A DNA stretch of 29,909 bases from Promethearchaeota archaeon (GCA_019057795.1 JAHLWS010000004.1:1-29909), one strand, 5' to 3'; shown: positions 1 through 9,138, counted from the first letter of the stretch. The notes: generated by a model not told the origin, from the letters alone. Made by a program: numbers and translations.

Positions 1-82
1 AAATACCTCAGGGATATCGTTGTCAAACTCGTCTGGCTCGCTAAATGTTTCGGGGATGTCGTCGTCAAACTCGTCTGGCTCG
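1..82 (-). repeat. 42-bp (14-aa) coding tandem repeat
   Basis: GTCAAACTCGTCTGGCTCG occurs at 22-40 and 64-82; peptide units EPDEFDDDIPETFS / EPDEFDNDIPEVF. Confidence 0.85.
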
Positions 83-168
83 TCAGATTCGCTTGTAAGT
101 TCCGGTGGCTCTTCTAAAAACTCATCATTCCCAGATTCATCATCAAACTCATCCCCTATCTCATCCAT
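1..168 (-). CDS. N-terminus of an acidic repeat protein (runs off the window start)
   Basis: Not in the ORF track. ATG at 168 reads MDEIGDEFDDESGNDEFLEEPPELTSESDEPDEFDDDIPETFSEPDEFDNDIPEVF with no stop before base 1. The Ser-rich + strand ORF 20..220 is its shadow. Confidence 0.8.
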   Translation of the reverse strand, partial: MDEIGDEFDDESGNDEFLEEPPELTSESDEPDEFDDDIPETFSEPDEFDNDIPEVF

Positions 169-456
169 AAAAATTTACCCTCTTTTTTTAAGTCTTACTT
201 TATGCATCAACATAATCTAACCATTAATGCATTACTTGTATTTAAAGAAAAAAGACAAGATTGTCTAATTTTTATAGAAATATTCTTGTTAAAAGTTCTT
301 TTCTCAACTATTTTTTTTTTTGAAAACTTTAGAATTGAGATAAAATAAAATTTTAAATACAAATCAATTAAAAAGGCTAAATAAATTACATTTAATTTTT
401 TTACCGAAGAATGGAATATTGTTTATGACATTATTGAAATTTGCGGGAAAGTACTT

Positions 457-790
457 ATGGTCGAATTATCTAATAAATTTCTTAAAATGTGCTTTGAATT
501 AGAAGGAATTACCAATATCCCGAAACTCAACTTAAAAATCAATAATAATTTTTCTTTTAAAAATTCCTGAAAAAATAAGCTTGAAACCGCCCTCCCCTGG
601 GTTGTGGGTTGGACAGACCGATGAAGGAGAGATTGGATTATTATACGAGACCATAGACGAAATTCTTTATAGAATTGATTATAACTTAGGTTTTAATGGA
701 TTAAATAAAGAGGATATAGAAAAAGTAAGAAAAATGAGGAAGATTGCGGAACATAAATTAAAAATGCCACCTATGTATGAGATAAAATAA
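457..790 (+). pseudogene. Frameshifted hypothetical gene (about 110 aa if joined)
   Basis: ATG457 MVELSNKFLKMCFELEGITNIPKLNLKINNNFSFK stops at 568-570. Removing one A from the A5 run at 559-563 joins it to IPEKISLKPPSPGLWVG... of ORF 581..790. Confidence 0.5.
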
Positions 791-808
791 AATAATTTTT
801 AAAACAAA

Positions 809-2233
809 TTACAAAGTTGAAATTAACGATCTGATTTTATTAATTCGAGAAGAAATTGTATTAAGTTGATTTTTCAAGTTATTATTTTTATTTTTGAAGT
901 CTAATTCTGATATTGAACCCTTATTGTAATCTGTCTCTAAATTCTTAAAATTTCTTTCCAATGAATAACGCTTGCCTTCAAGGGCTATCAACTCTTGATA
1001 TAAAGTATCTTTATCATTGGATAAGCTATCTAGACTTGGAGTAGAAATATCTGGCTCATCACTAACATTTACATCGTTAAAATTGATAAATGGTGTTACA
1101 TTGGACCCTTGAACGTTGTTATCCTTCTTTTTTTTCTTATCGTCTCTCTTTTTTTCTTCTATTACGACTTGTTTTTTAGTTGAACTAATGATTTCTTGAG
1201 GTTTACTTGAACTTTTATTTCCCATCGAAGAAAATACATTAAAGAGATCAGAACCACTTGATATTATTGATTCTCTTTCAATTTCTTCAATTCGTACAGA
1301 TGATATTTTAGGTTTCTCTGTTAGAAAAGGCGTAGATTTAGAAAATTTTGGAGAAGTCGCTTTTCTTGACTCTTCAGTTATTATCGGCGTAATTTTCCGT
1401 TTCTCAGTTATTATCGGAATATCATTTGATTCTTCAATGATAAACGGGTGAAATTCTGACACTTTTTCGTGAGGAGGAGTTAACTCTTGTTTTTCAGCTT
1501 TCGAAGCGACTTCTTCTGGTTTTATAGGAATTGGTGTTAGTTTTTCCTTAGCAGGTTCTATCCTCTCTCTAACACGATTCACTTCAACGGGTTTAAGCTT
1601 AGGTTGTTCTTTGGGCACTAATGTTTTTGGGATAGGTTGACTTGTAGTTAGAGGAGGTTTTATTAGCGTTTTAAGAACGGGTATTTTAATTTTTGGTGGA
1701 GCTAATTTCACATGTTTTTTAGGAACAATTGTTTGGACTTTACGCCTTTGTTTCATAAATTTAAGAGATTCGTCTTTCTTTTCCAATTCTTTCTTGAGAG
1801 CGTCTACTGTTACTTTTAAATTCTCAATTTCTCCTTTAAATTGTTCTGATGCTCTGTTAAATATGTCAGTTAGATCAATTTCAGGTTCGGCACTTTTAGG
1901 TTTAACATCTGGTTTTTCGAAATCTTTTTGACCTTCTTCTTTAGAAATCTTCGCACTCTCGGGAATTTTTAACATTTTCTTTACATCATTTGGAAGAGTT
2001 GTCTCTGAAAACCAAAGATCAAGCGTGTCCCATTCTTCCAAATTTTTGAGAATGAACTCAATAATATCTTTTTGCTCAGAAACTGTACTTAAATTCTTTA
2101 ACCTATTAAAGTGATTAATAAGTTTGCCTTTTGCTTCAATCTCATCATCTGGAGATGGTTCACCCTCAGTAAGAAACAAGTAGATTTCCTTAACTTCTTG
2201 AAGTGTTGATTGAAAACTTTCTTCGGTGGTCAT
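809..2233 (-). CDS. Hypothetical protein: helical N-domain, coiled coil, Pro/Lys/Glu-rich disordered linker, C-terminal coiled-coil hairpin
   Basis: 474-aa ORF with heptad-like segments (IENLKVTVDALKKELEKK; LYQELIALEGKRYSLERNFKNL) and a Pro-rich middle. Confidence 0.85.
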   Translation of the reverse strand: MTTEESFQSTLQEVKEIYLFLTEGEPSPDDEIEAKGKLINHFNRLKNLSTVSEQKDIIEFILKNLEEWDTLDLWFSETTLPNDVKKMLKIPESAKISKEEGQKDFEKPDVKPKSAEPEIDLTDIFNRASEQFKGEIENLKVTVDALKKELEKKDESLKFMKQRRKVQTIVPKKHVKLAPPKIKIPVLKTLIKPPLTTSQPIPKTLVPKEQPKLKPVEVNRVRERIEPAKEKLTPIPIKPEEVASKAEKQELTPPHEKVSEFHPFIIEESNDIPIITEKRKITPIITEESRKATSPKFSKSTPFLTEKPKISSVRIEEIERESIISSGSDLFNVFSSMGNKSSSKPQEIISSTKKQVVIEEKKRDDKKKKKDNNVQGSNVTPFINFNDVNVSDEPDISTPSLDSLSNDKDTLYQELIALEGKRYSLERNFKNLETDYNKGSISELDFKNKNNNLKNQLNTISSRINKIRSLISTL

Positions 2234-2482
2234 AAAAGATATTACTTCAATTTGATTTTTTATAATAGCTAAAGCTTGATATTTTAATAATAAAAAAACA
2301 ATTCACTAATTTATTTTTTTGTATTATAATTAGTTTAAAGATTTTTAAAACAAAAGCAGAAAAATCTTAAAATAATAAGAAACACCTATAACTTCCTAAT
2401 TATGAGAAATGGAAAGAGTGGCTTAGGATAAATGGACCATCTTTAGATTTACGATTTTAAGGGATATTGTGGTTCCTATTCA

Positions 2483-2698
2483 TCAATTTAATTTTCTTTC
2501 TTTCCTTTCCAGATATCTATTTATGAACCAGCTAATCGATACCATCCAAGTAATAGAAAATACTAATCCAAATGATATTGAGAAAATAAGACCCTCTAGT
2601 AGATCTCTTTCTAATATTAAATCGAAAATCAACCCAGTAATGATAGCAGTTGGTAAACCTACTAATCCAACCATCTTAACTTTTTTATTATTTTTCAT
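2483..2698 (-). CDS. Small 2-TM membrane protein (paralogue of 28932..29129)
   Basis: Two hydrophobic segments with basic termini; GGAGG SD upstream; paralogue within the window. Confidence 0.85.
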   Translation of the reverse strand: MKNNKKVKMVGLVGLPTAIITGLIFDLILERDLLEGLIFSISFGLVFSITWMVSISWFINRYLERKERKLN

Positions 2699-2744
2699 TT
2701 CCTAACCTCCTTTATTTTATGTTATATATTTTTAATATTTTAAA

Positions 2745-3224
2745 TTAGTAATTATAAGGGATCCAATCTCTCTTTTTGCCTATTCTATACATGACATAGG
2801 CTGCAATTCCACATGAGGTTGGTAGAAGTAGGAGTAAAATTCTACCTCTTAGCACTGCATCACCAATCAAAATTCGTAAGGGTGCCCAAGGAGCTTGAAT
2901 AAGTACATAACCAATAATAAACCACATGATACCACCGAAACCAAATCCACCACATCCAACCAACATAATTTTAGAAAAAATCCTTTGGTGTATTGATTTT
3001 CTACCATAATATGCTATACTTATCATTAAAGGAAAAAAAATTGTAAAAAAAAGCGCTAGTATCAAATCAATAATCCCGATAAAAAATAACAGCCATAGCG
3101 TGAATGTATTGCATATACAATATCCAATACTAACCCAAACCCAATTTTTCTTATAGTTCTTCCAAAAACTCTTAAGTTTTTCTTTCTTATTCCTTTCTTT
3201 CATATTATTTTCCTTTTCATTCAT
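2745..3224 (-). CDS. 4-TM membrane protein (family with 3319..3759 and 29185..29700)
   Basis: Four hydrophobic segments; shared motifs GGxxW, A(P/T)W(A/S)P and Y(R/K)xGKKRxW/F. Confidence 0.88.
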   Translation of the reverse strand: MNEKENNMKERNKKEKLKSFWKNYKKNWVWVSIGYCICNTFTLWLLFFIGIIDLILALFFTIFFPLMISIAYYGRKSIHQRIFSKIMLVGCGGFGFGGIMWFIIGYVLIQAPWAPLRILIGDAVLRGRILLLLLPTSCGIAAYVMYRIGKKRDWIPYNY

Positions 3225-3318
3225 ATAATCAGCTCCTTATGACCATAACACTAGCAACAACCAAAAATTTGACAAGTAGTATAAGTACTTCCAGTGATAT
3301 GGTAATATTCTAATATAG

Positions 3319-3759
3319 CTACATGTAAGGTCTAAAGTCTCTTTTTTTACCCCATTTATAGAAGATGTATCCTGCAACAACATAAGATGGCACTATTGTC
3401 AGAATAAATATTATTATTCTTAATATACCTTGGGGTTCATAAAATGGAGACCAAGTCGCACCAATAAGGATAAAGCTTATTAAACCCCATATCGGCCAAC
3501 CTAACGCCAGACCACCCCCTATTATAAATATGAACTTATAAATGTTTCTCTGATGTGTCGATTTTCTGATATAATAGACAGAAATCAATACTGATGGTGT
3601 TATAAATGTATATAATATTGTTCCTATTAATGATAAATATCCTCTAAAGTATTCTATCCATAAAATTATCAATGCACCAATATAAATTCCAATAGCTAAT
3701 AATGACCAATGCTGTTTAGATTCATACCATTTTATTTTAAGCTTATTCTTCACACTCAT
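3319..3759 (-). CDS. 4-TM membrane protein, paralogue of 2745..3224
   Basis: YYIRKSTHQRNI vs YYGRKSIHQRI; ATWSP vs APWAP; YKWGKKRDF vs YRIGKKRDW. Confidence 0.88.
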   Translation of the reverse strand: MSVKNKLKIKWYESKQHWSLLAIGIYIGALIILWIEYFRGYLSLIGTILYTFITPSVLISVYYIRKSTHQRNIYKFIFIIGGGLALGWPIWGLISFILIGATWSPFYEPQGILRIIIFILTIVPSYVVAGYIFYKWGKKRDFRPYM

Positions 3760-3912
3760 TAATTAGTAAGATTCAAAGTAAGTTAATAAATGTTGTTATA
3801 ACTTCTCTCTGAATCAGTTATCTATTCAATTTAGGATATGTGGTACAGAAGTCCTTAGAATTTTAGAATTTTTATCTTTATTATTTTAGTCTTTTTTAGC
3901 AATACCAATATA

Positions 3913-4743
3913 TTATATTTGTCTTCGTTTGAATAATAAAGAACCAAGAAGAAAAAATATAATGGTATATAATGATAATGCAAATAATGCTCCTTGCATG
4001 GTTGGAGTTAACCACGATCTAAATATAAAAGTTCCTTCAAACTGAAAATCCACATACCTTTGCATTGTAAAAAAATCTGCTCGTAAAATGTAAGTAATAA
4101 TAGATCTAACGTAATTTAATGAATAAATTGGTTCTATTTTTGGCGCTGCAAACATAAAAAAAGTATCAATTATACCGATTCCAAAAAGAAGGAGTATAAG
4201 CGTAATTGTAGTAGTTAATGTTGCAGATTTCATAAATGAACTAAAAAAAGAAACCACACTACTTAAAGCAAGAATATACAATACAGTAAATCCAAAACTA
4301 AGAAGTAGTTTATCTAACAACGGATCTCCATAAATATAATAAGCAAATAGAGCAGAAATAAAATAGTTAATACTCACTATTCCAATAACTAATGTAAGAT
4401 TTCCCAAATATTTTCCTGTTATTAATTTATATTTATTTATTTTAGGAAAAACTATGATTCCTGTTTTGTCCGTAAATTCAGAACATATTATTCCTGAAAA
4501 AAAGAGACAAACAGCAATGATAATTACTAAAGAATTGGATAATCCACCCTGATAAAAATCTGCTTGAGTAGAAGGCATTTGATAGGTAGGAAATAAAATA
4601 TATGGTAAAAATGAACTTATTATTAACAAGAGAATAGTAACAATTGAAAAAATTATAAATTTTTTTACATGTAACCTAATTTCAAACAAATAGATATCGA
4701 ATACAGGCTTTGAATTGAAGTAGAGATTTCTTAATTGTTCCAT
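3913..4743 (-). CDS. ABC-2 type exporter permease
   Basis: About 6 TMs; ICSEFTDKTG...KYKLITGKYL; C-terminal FKRRQI; directly downstream of the ATPase. Confidence 0.9.
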   Translation of the reverse strand: MEQLRNLYFNSKPVFDIYLFEIRLHVKKFIIFSIVTILLLIISSFLPYILFPTYQMPSTQADFYQGGLSNSLVIIIAVCLFFSGIICSEFTDKTGIIVFPKINKYKLITGKYLGNLTLVIGIVSINYFISALFAYYIYGDPLLDKLLLSFGFTVLYILALSSVVSFFSSFMKSATLTTTITLILLLFGIGIIDTFFMFAAPKIEPIYSLNYVRSIITYILRADFFTMQRYVDFQFEGTFIFRSWLTPTMQGALFALSLYTIIFFLLGSLLFKRRQI

Positions 4744-4746
4744 TTA

Positions 4747-5790
4747 TTATTCCCTCACTAAATTGATTTTTATTTTTTTTTTGTTATCATCACTTATTAT
4801 TTGGGAATAGATCCTTTCTAAAGAAGAGGTTTTTGGTTTTGAAAATGAGATTATTGTAAAGTCTGATTTAAAGTCATTGAATAAAATATTTAATATATCT
4901 CCCCGAGCTTTTTTCACTCCATTATAAAAAATTGTAAAACTATTTTCTTGAGGCTTATATTTAATAGGAATTTTAGAGATGGAAGGATCTAACTCTTTAT
5001 CCAGATAAGGTTCTAAGTTTTGAGTGAGCCTTTTGATTAGTGAACCTAACATTTCTGCGGGAATTGGATTAAGAACTTCAAAATTTAATTCTATTGATTT
5101 TAAATTTTTCTCCAAGTTATCTATTGTATCAAAATTTATGATTGAGCCTTGATTAATTAATGCAACTTTATCACAAACTTCCGAGATTTCATATAATAAA
5201 TGAGATGCGACAAAAATAGTCTTTCCTTGCTGTTTGAGAAATCTAATATAATTTCGTATGTCAATACGAGCATTGGGATCTAATCCTGTTTGAGGTTCAT
5301 CTAAAAACAGAATTTCAGGATCATGAATAACTGCTTGAATAAAACCTAGTTTTTGTAACATCCCTTTAGAAAAAGTTTTAACTTTCTTATCTTTCCAGTC
5401 AATTAGATTAAATGTGGTTAAAAGCTCATCTATTCTTTGGTTAATTTTTTCTTTTGGATAATGTTTTATTTTTGCAAATAATTTTAGTAATCTATAAGGT
5501 GTTGCATTATAAAATTGAGGAATATCAATAAAAAAACCTGTTTGAACTAATTCTTTAGAATTTTTATTAATATCTTGCAATTCCCCCTGAATATTCCTTA
5601 GTAAAATCTTTCCTGAATTGGGTCTTAATAGTTTTGCAATTAGCTTAAGTGTCGTGGTTTTCCCAGCTCCATTTGGACCTATTAATCCAACAACTTCACC
5701 ATTTTGAACTTCCAAATTAATATTATCAAGTGCTAAGAAAGAGCCATATTTCTTACTAATGTTTTCCAATTTGATAACGGTTTTTGTCAT
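4747..5790 (-). CDS. ABC transporter ATP-binding protein (CcmA/BcrA-like exporter class)
   Basis: Walker [10 protein letters not shown], signature FSKGM, Walker B ILFLDEP, H-loop ASH. Confidence 0.95.
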   Translation of the reverse strand: MTKTVIKLENISKKYGSFLALDNINLEVQNGEVVGLIGPNGAGKTTTLKLIAKLLRPNSGKILLRNIQGELQDINKNSKELVQTGFFIDIPQFYNATPYRLLKLFAKIKHYPKEKINQRIDELLTTFNLIDWKDKKVKTFSKGMLQKLGFIQAVIHDPEILFLDEPQTGLDPNARIDIRNYIRFLKQQGKTIFVASHLLYEISEVCDKVALINQGSIINFDTIDNLEKNLKSIELNFEVLNPIPAEMLGSLIKRLTQNLEPYLDKELDPSISKIPIKYKPQENSFTIFYNGVKKARGDILNILFNDFKSDFTIISFSKPKTSSLERIYSQIISDDNKKKIKINLVRE

Positions 5791-5799
5791 GAGCTTTTC

Positions 5800-5932
5800 C
5801 TAAAGAGATACAACAACATAAAGGTATAACTAATATTAAATAGAGAAGGAAAAATTATTATTTCCATTTTTTTTAAGCTTATTTTTCACACTCCCTAATT
5901 AGTAAGATTCAAAATGAGTTAATAAACATTGT
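5800..5932 (-). pseudogene. Internally deleted remnant, with upstream region, of a 3319..3759-type gene
   Basis: 5864-5932 aligns with 3727-3795 (TAATTAGTAAGATTCAAA..AGTTAATAAA). The ATG is replaced by GGG at 5893-5895. A downstream frame LILVIPYVVV resembles LTIVPSYVVA near the paralogue C-terminus. Confidence 0.7.
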
Positions 5933-6476
5933 GTACTAACCTAAACATTTTGTTTATTTTTAACCGCTCATCTCGTATATTAATTAATTGAACTATCTCA
6001 CGGAAATCAAGTGTCATAATCAAATTGGGAGTTTTCAAGATGGTGAAGAATATAGTTTCTGGAACATCTTAATTGAATTTAGAGGAGATTTTTGGTTTCT
6101 CAGATTTCTTTAAAGAATTTACCAGATCTAAAGTTTTTTTTAGATTCAATTCCCGGCAAGAGGTATATTTCTGAAATGATATCAAAAGTTTAAAACATAT
6201 ATTTAGGAATATTTGAAAAAATTTCTCAATTTTTGTTAGTTTTAAACACTAGTAATTCTATTATTTTCATAAGAAATTGTGCTGAACTTGAGATTCAGAT
6301 TTCTTAAAGTATTAATTTATATATAAGATGAAAATGTTTTTATACGAAAATGTCATATAAATATCTGAATATGTCAAAATTATCAGATACAAAAAATTAC
6401 TTCTTTTTTTGAGTTCTATTTTTCATAATAATAACACTAAATTTTTTTCTAAAAGAAATAGGTGATGTAATTTAAC

Positions 6477-6761
6477 ACGATAAATCTAAGAAAAAGGATA
6501 AAAAATTTTAACGATAAATTTAACACAAAGAAGGGTTATATTCTGGCAGGAATCCATGTTGGTTTCTTTATGTGGCTATTAGGCAGTTTAACCTCAATTT
6601 ATCGGGGACAAAATATAACTTCAGCTCTTCTTAGCAATGTAAAATTGGGTATACCCCCGTGTATTACTATGTATCTGGCTGCAATTTGCAGAGAATGGCT
6701 TAAGAACGACAAAAAAACGAAGGAGTTATCTACGAATGACAAACATAATAAGCAAAATTAA
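6477..6761 (+). CDS. 2-TM small membrane protein whose start codon appears mutated (ACG)
   Basis: The frame of ORF 6570..6761 is open back to 6471, with GGTGA at 6461-6465. The extended protein begins TINLRKRIKNFNDKFNTKKGYILAGIHVGFFMWLLG, restoring a complete first TM. Confidence 0.55.
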   Translation, partial: TINLRKRIKNFNDKFNTKKGYILAGIHVGFFMWLLGSLTSIYRGQNITSALLSNVKLGIPPCITMYLAAICREWLKNDKKTKELSTNDKHNKQN

Positions 6762-6773
6762 AGGAGAGAAAAA

Positions 6774-6965
6774 ATGAGCGAAGACGATTGTTCAAATAAG
6801 GATTGTAATAATAAGACCATAACCAATAAAACATCAATAACAATAGAGAAAAATACTTTATTTAATCTAAAGATTACAAAAGCAAAACTGGAGAAATAAA
6901 ATAAGAAAATATATACATGGGACAATTTTTTTGAAGAAATGTCAAAAATAATAAATAATATTTAA
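6774..6965 (+). pseudogene. Ribbon-helix-helix-like small DNA-binding protein with one in-frame stop
   Basis: AAGGAG SD, then MSEDDCSNKDCNNKTITNKTSITIEKNTLFNLKITKAKLEK*NKKIYTWDNFFEEMSKIINNI*. TSITI strand, a helix and a TWDxFF helix fit the RHH pattern. TAA at 6897-6899. Confidence 0.55.
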
Positions 6966-7005
6966 TCTTCTCTTTTTTTTAGATTTAGAATAGGTTAAAA
7001 ATAAA

Positions 7006-7698
7006 ATGCTAAGAAAGAAAACTAAAAAAGCTTTTATTATTTCACTTTCTGTTGTTCTTTCAATCTCCATTATTCTTATTATTAACAATTTTATAATATT
7101 TAGTCGAATTTATTATAGAGTATATTATGAAATAAATCTCCCAAATTCTAATGAAATAATAGAAAAAGCTGAAAACTTTGATTATCTAAAGTACCTTAAA
7201 ATGCATGACCCTTATGGGGAAATTCAAAATTTAAGCAAGTTTAACATTAATTATATCGATAGAGAATTTATTGATTTTTTAAAAGGAAAAATTAATAGAG
7301 ATAACAAAAGATTTCATTTGTGGCCTTCTTATTACCATAATTTTATTTATACTTTTAATGCAACAGAGGAATCAAAACTATTTTTCTCATATAATAATAA
7401 TACAATATTTAATGCAACTTATGAAACCCAAAAGCCAATTTTTATCGTTCCTCCCCCTATATGGTTTAATTTCATTGGAAGTTGGTTCATTAATTTCACC
7501 CAAGTACCTCATGTAGTTAATCAATCATCTACTATTTTATTGAATAATACGATTTTGGTAAAAATGATTCTAAAATACGATTATCTCTTTGGAAATGTTG
7601 GAGGAGAATTTTATCAAATAGAGCAGTATGTCATTCTCAATTCCAATCTTCAAGTTATATTCATTTTTGTGCCAGCAACACAATTAATAGTGGCTTAA
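7006..7698 (+). CDS. Membrane-anchored or exported hypothetical protein
   Basis: Basic N-terminus plus one TM; Asn-rich with several NxS/T sequons. Confidence 0.8.
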   Translation: MLRKKTKKAFIISLSVVLSISIILIINNFIIFSRIYYRVYYEINLPNSNEIIEKAENFDYLKYLKMHDPYGEIQNLSKFNINYIDREFIDFLKGKINRDNKRFHLWPSYYHNFIYTFNATEESKLFFSYNNNTIFNATYETQKPIFIVPPPIWFNFIGSWFINFTQVPHVVNQSSTILLNNTILVKMILKYDYLFGNVGGEFYQIEQYVILNSNLQVIFIFVPATQLIVA

Positions 7699-7730
7699 CT
7701 ATAATCATAAAATATTAAATAAACAATAAA

Positions 7731-7842
7731 GTGCAATGAGTAGAAAGATAAAGTAGCAAGAATTTATTATCCTCTTTTTTCAATAACAAGCATAATTCTC
7801 TTACTTGTTCGATTTCCGAAAACCATAATATATTCCGCAGAG
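7731..7842 (+). pseudogene. Decayed 5' stub of a 17506..18015 paralogue
   Basis: Aligns closely with 17501-17613 (GTGCAATGAGTAGAAAGATAA..GCAAGAATTTATTAT..CAATAACAAGCATA..CTCTTACTTGTTC.ATTTCCGAAAACCATAATATAT.CCGCAGA). It has CGG>TAG at codon 7 and a 1-nt deletion. Confidence 0.9.
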
Positions 7843-7967
7843 GTCAAACTTTTTTTTTTATTTCCTAATTATTTTAAATTTCTTCAAACAAAAGAAAATC
7901 ATCACCATAATATTTATTAGGTTGCGAAGAAGAATATTAAGCAAAGCATCACCATGAGATTAAGATT

Positions 7968-9014
7968 ATGCTCAAAGGGCGAAGAACTAAAGTTGTTATT
8001 TTAATTATCACGGGGTTGCTAATTCTTTCTGTATCAAACATTTTACTTTATAAATTAAGAGAGAAATCTGATGAGCAAGAAAATTATCCAGATCGCTTCA
8101 ATTCTAACCTATTAATGGCAAGTTTATGGACATCGAATTCAATTACGGGGGTATCATATGAAGATTTTGATCCGTTCAATATGGAATGCAGTACTTTTAA
8201 TAATTTGGATTTAGAAATTAACCGAAAAATTACAATCTCTCTTATAGTTTTAATTGGAACCTCCGTAGGGGTTCAATTATTCGATTTAATTAAGAATGAG
8301 CATCAGAAAAAAGTTCAGCGTAAGGGAGTCGCCTCAAATTCCATCTTATTGGATTTATCGATTGAGGAGTCTCAAGTTTTAGCTCTCGTTGAGGAATTTC
8401 TAAATAAAAATAGAGTATGTTATAAACCTGATTTGGTTTCTTTCATCAAAAACAGAAATTTTCAAGAGGATAATGGGTTGAATCATAATGGTATTAAGCA
8501 TATACTCGATTCATTGACAGCAAAACATATGATTGCAGAAGGATCAAAGATTACAAGAAACACAATTTTATCCAATTTAAACCGTAGTAGTATTTACGAG
8601 GAGATAAAGAATAATCCCGGAATGTATTTAAACAAATTATCAAAATATCTGGGATTAAGTATCTTTCTAACAAATTGGCATCTAAATATTTTACTGAGAT
8701 TTAATATGATAAGAAAACAAGAGTTTAATAACCAAATCGCATATTTTGACTCGGAATTGCCCTCGGAAAATGACTATATATTACAAGTCATTTCAAGAGT
8801 AAAATGTAGCGAACTAATCGAATATTTGAAATTAAATTCGAAAGGTTGCACAAAATCCCACATTGCTAAAACCCTCAGAATGCATCACACGACCGTGAAT
8901 AAATATCTTGAGATTTTGATTGATGGTCAGTTAGTGAATCTTAGAATCCTTGACAAGAAAAACCTTTATTGCTTAAATACTGAAAAATTAGATAAATTAA
9001 ACTGTCTTCATTGA
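7968..9014 (+). CDS. Membrane-anchored tandem winged-helix transcriptional regulator
   Basis: Two TMs (about aa 9-27 and 88-106), then NLNRSSIYEEIKNNPGMYLNKLSKYLGLS..TNWHLNILLRF and a second wHTH GCTKSHIAKTLRMHHTTVNKYLEIL. Confidence 0.8.
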   Translation: MLKGRRTKVVILIITGLLILSVSNILLYKLREKSDEQENYPDRFNSNLLMASLWTSNSITGVSYEDFDPFNMECSTFNNLDLEINRKITISLIVLIGTSVGVQLFDLIKNEHQKKVQRKGVASNSILLDLSIEESQVLALVEEFLNKNRVCYKPDLVSFIKNRNFQEDNGLNHNGIKHILDSLTAKHMIAEGSKITRNTILSNLNRSSIYEEIKNNPGMYLNKLSKYLGLSIFLTNWHLNILLRFNMIRKQEFNNQIAYFDSELPSENDYILQVISRVKCSELIEYLKLNSKGCTKSHIAKTLRMHHTTVNKYLEILIDGQLVNLRILDKKNLYCLNTEKLDKLNCLH

Positions 9015-9138
9015 ATTTTCATAAGATTTCCTATTTTATCTCCTCTTAGTGTCACTTTTTTTATTGATGGCTTTAAATTAGATGTTAAGAGGTAATTATT
9101 TAATGGAGAATTAAAAGATTAAAAAAAAATAAAAAAAA

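Noticed and set aside
20-220. Ser-rich + strand ORF
   Set aside because: Antisense shadow of the acidic minus-strand ORF 1..168.
253-266. AGACAA-GA-TTGTCT inverted repeat as another copy of the GTCTT operator
   Set aside because: The half-sites are in the opposite orientation and the flanking conserved block is absent; 6-bp arms are weak evidence.
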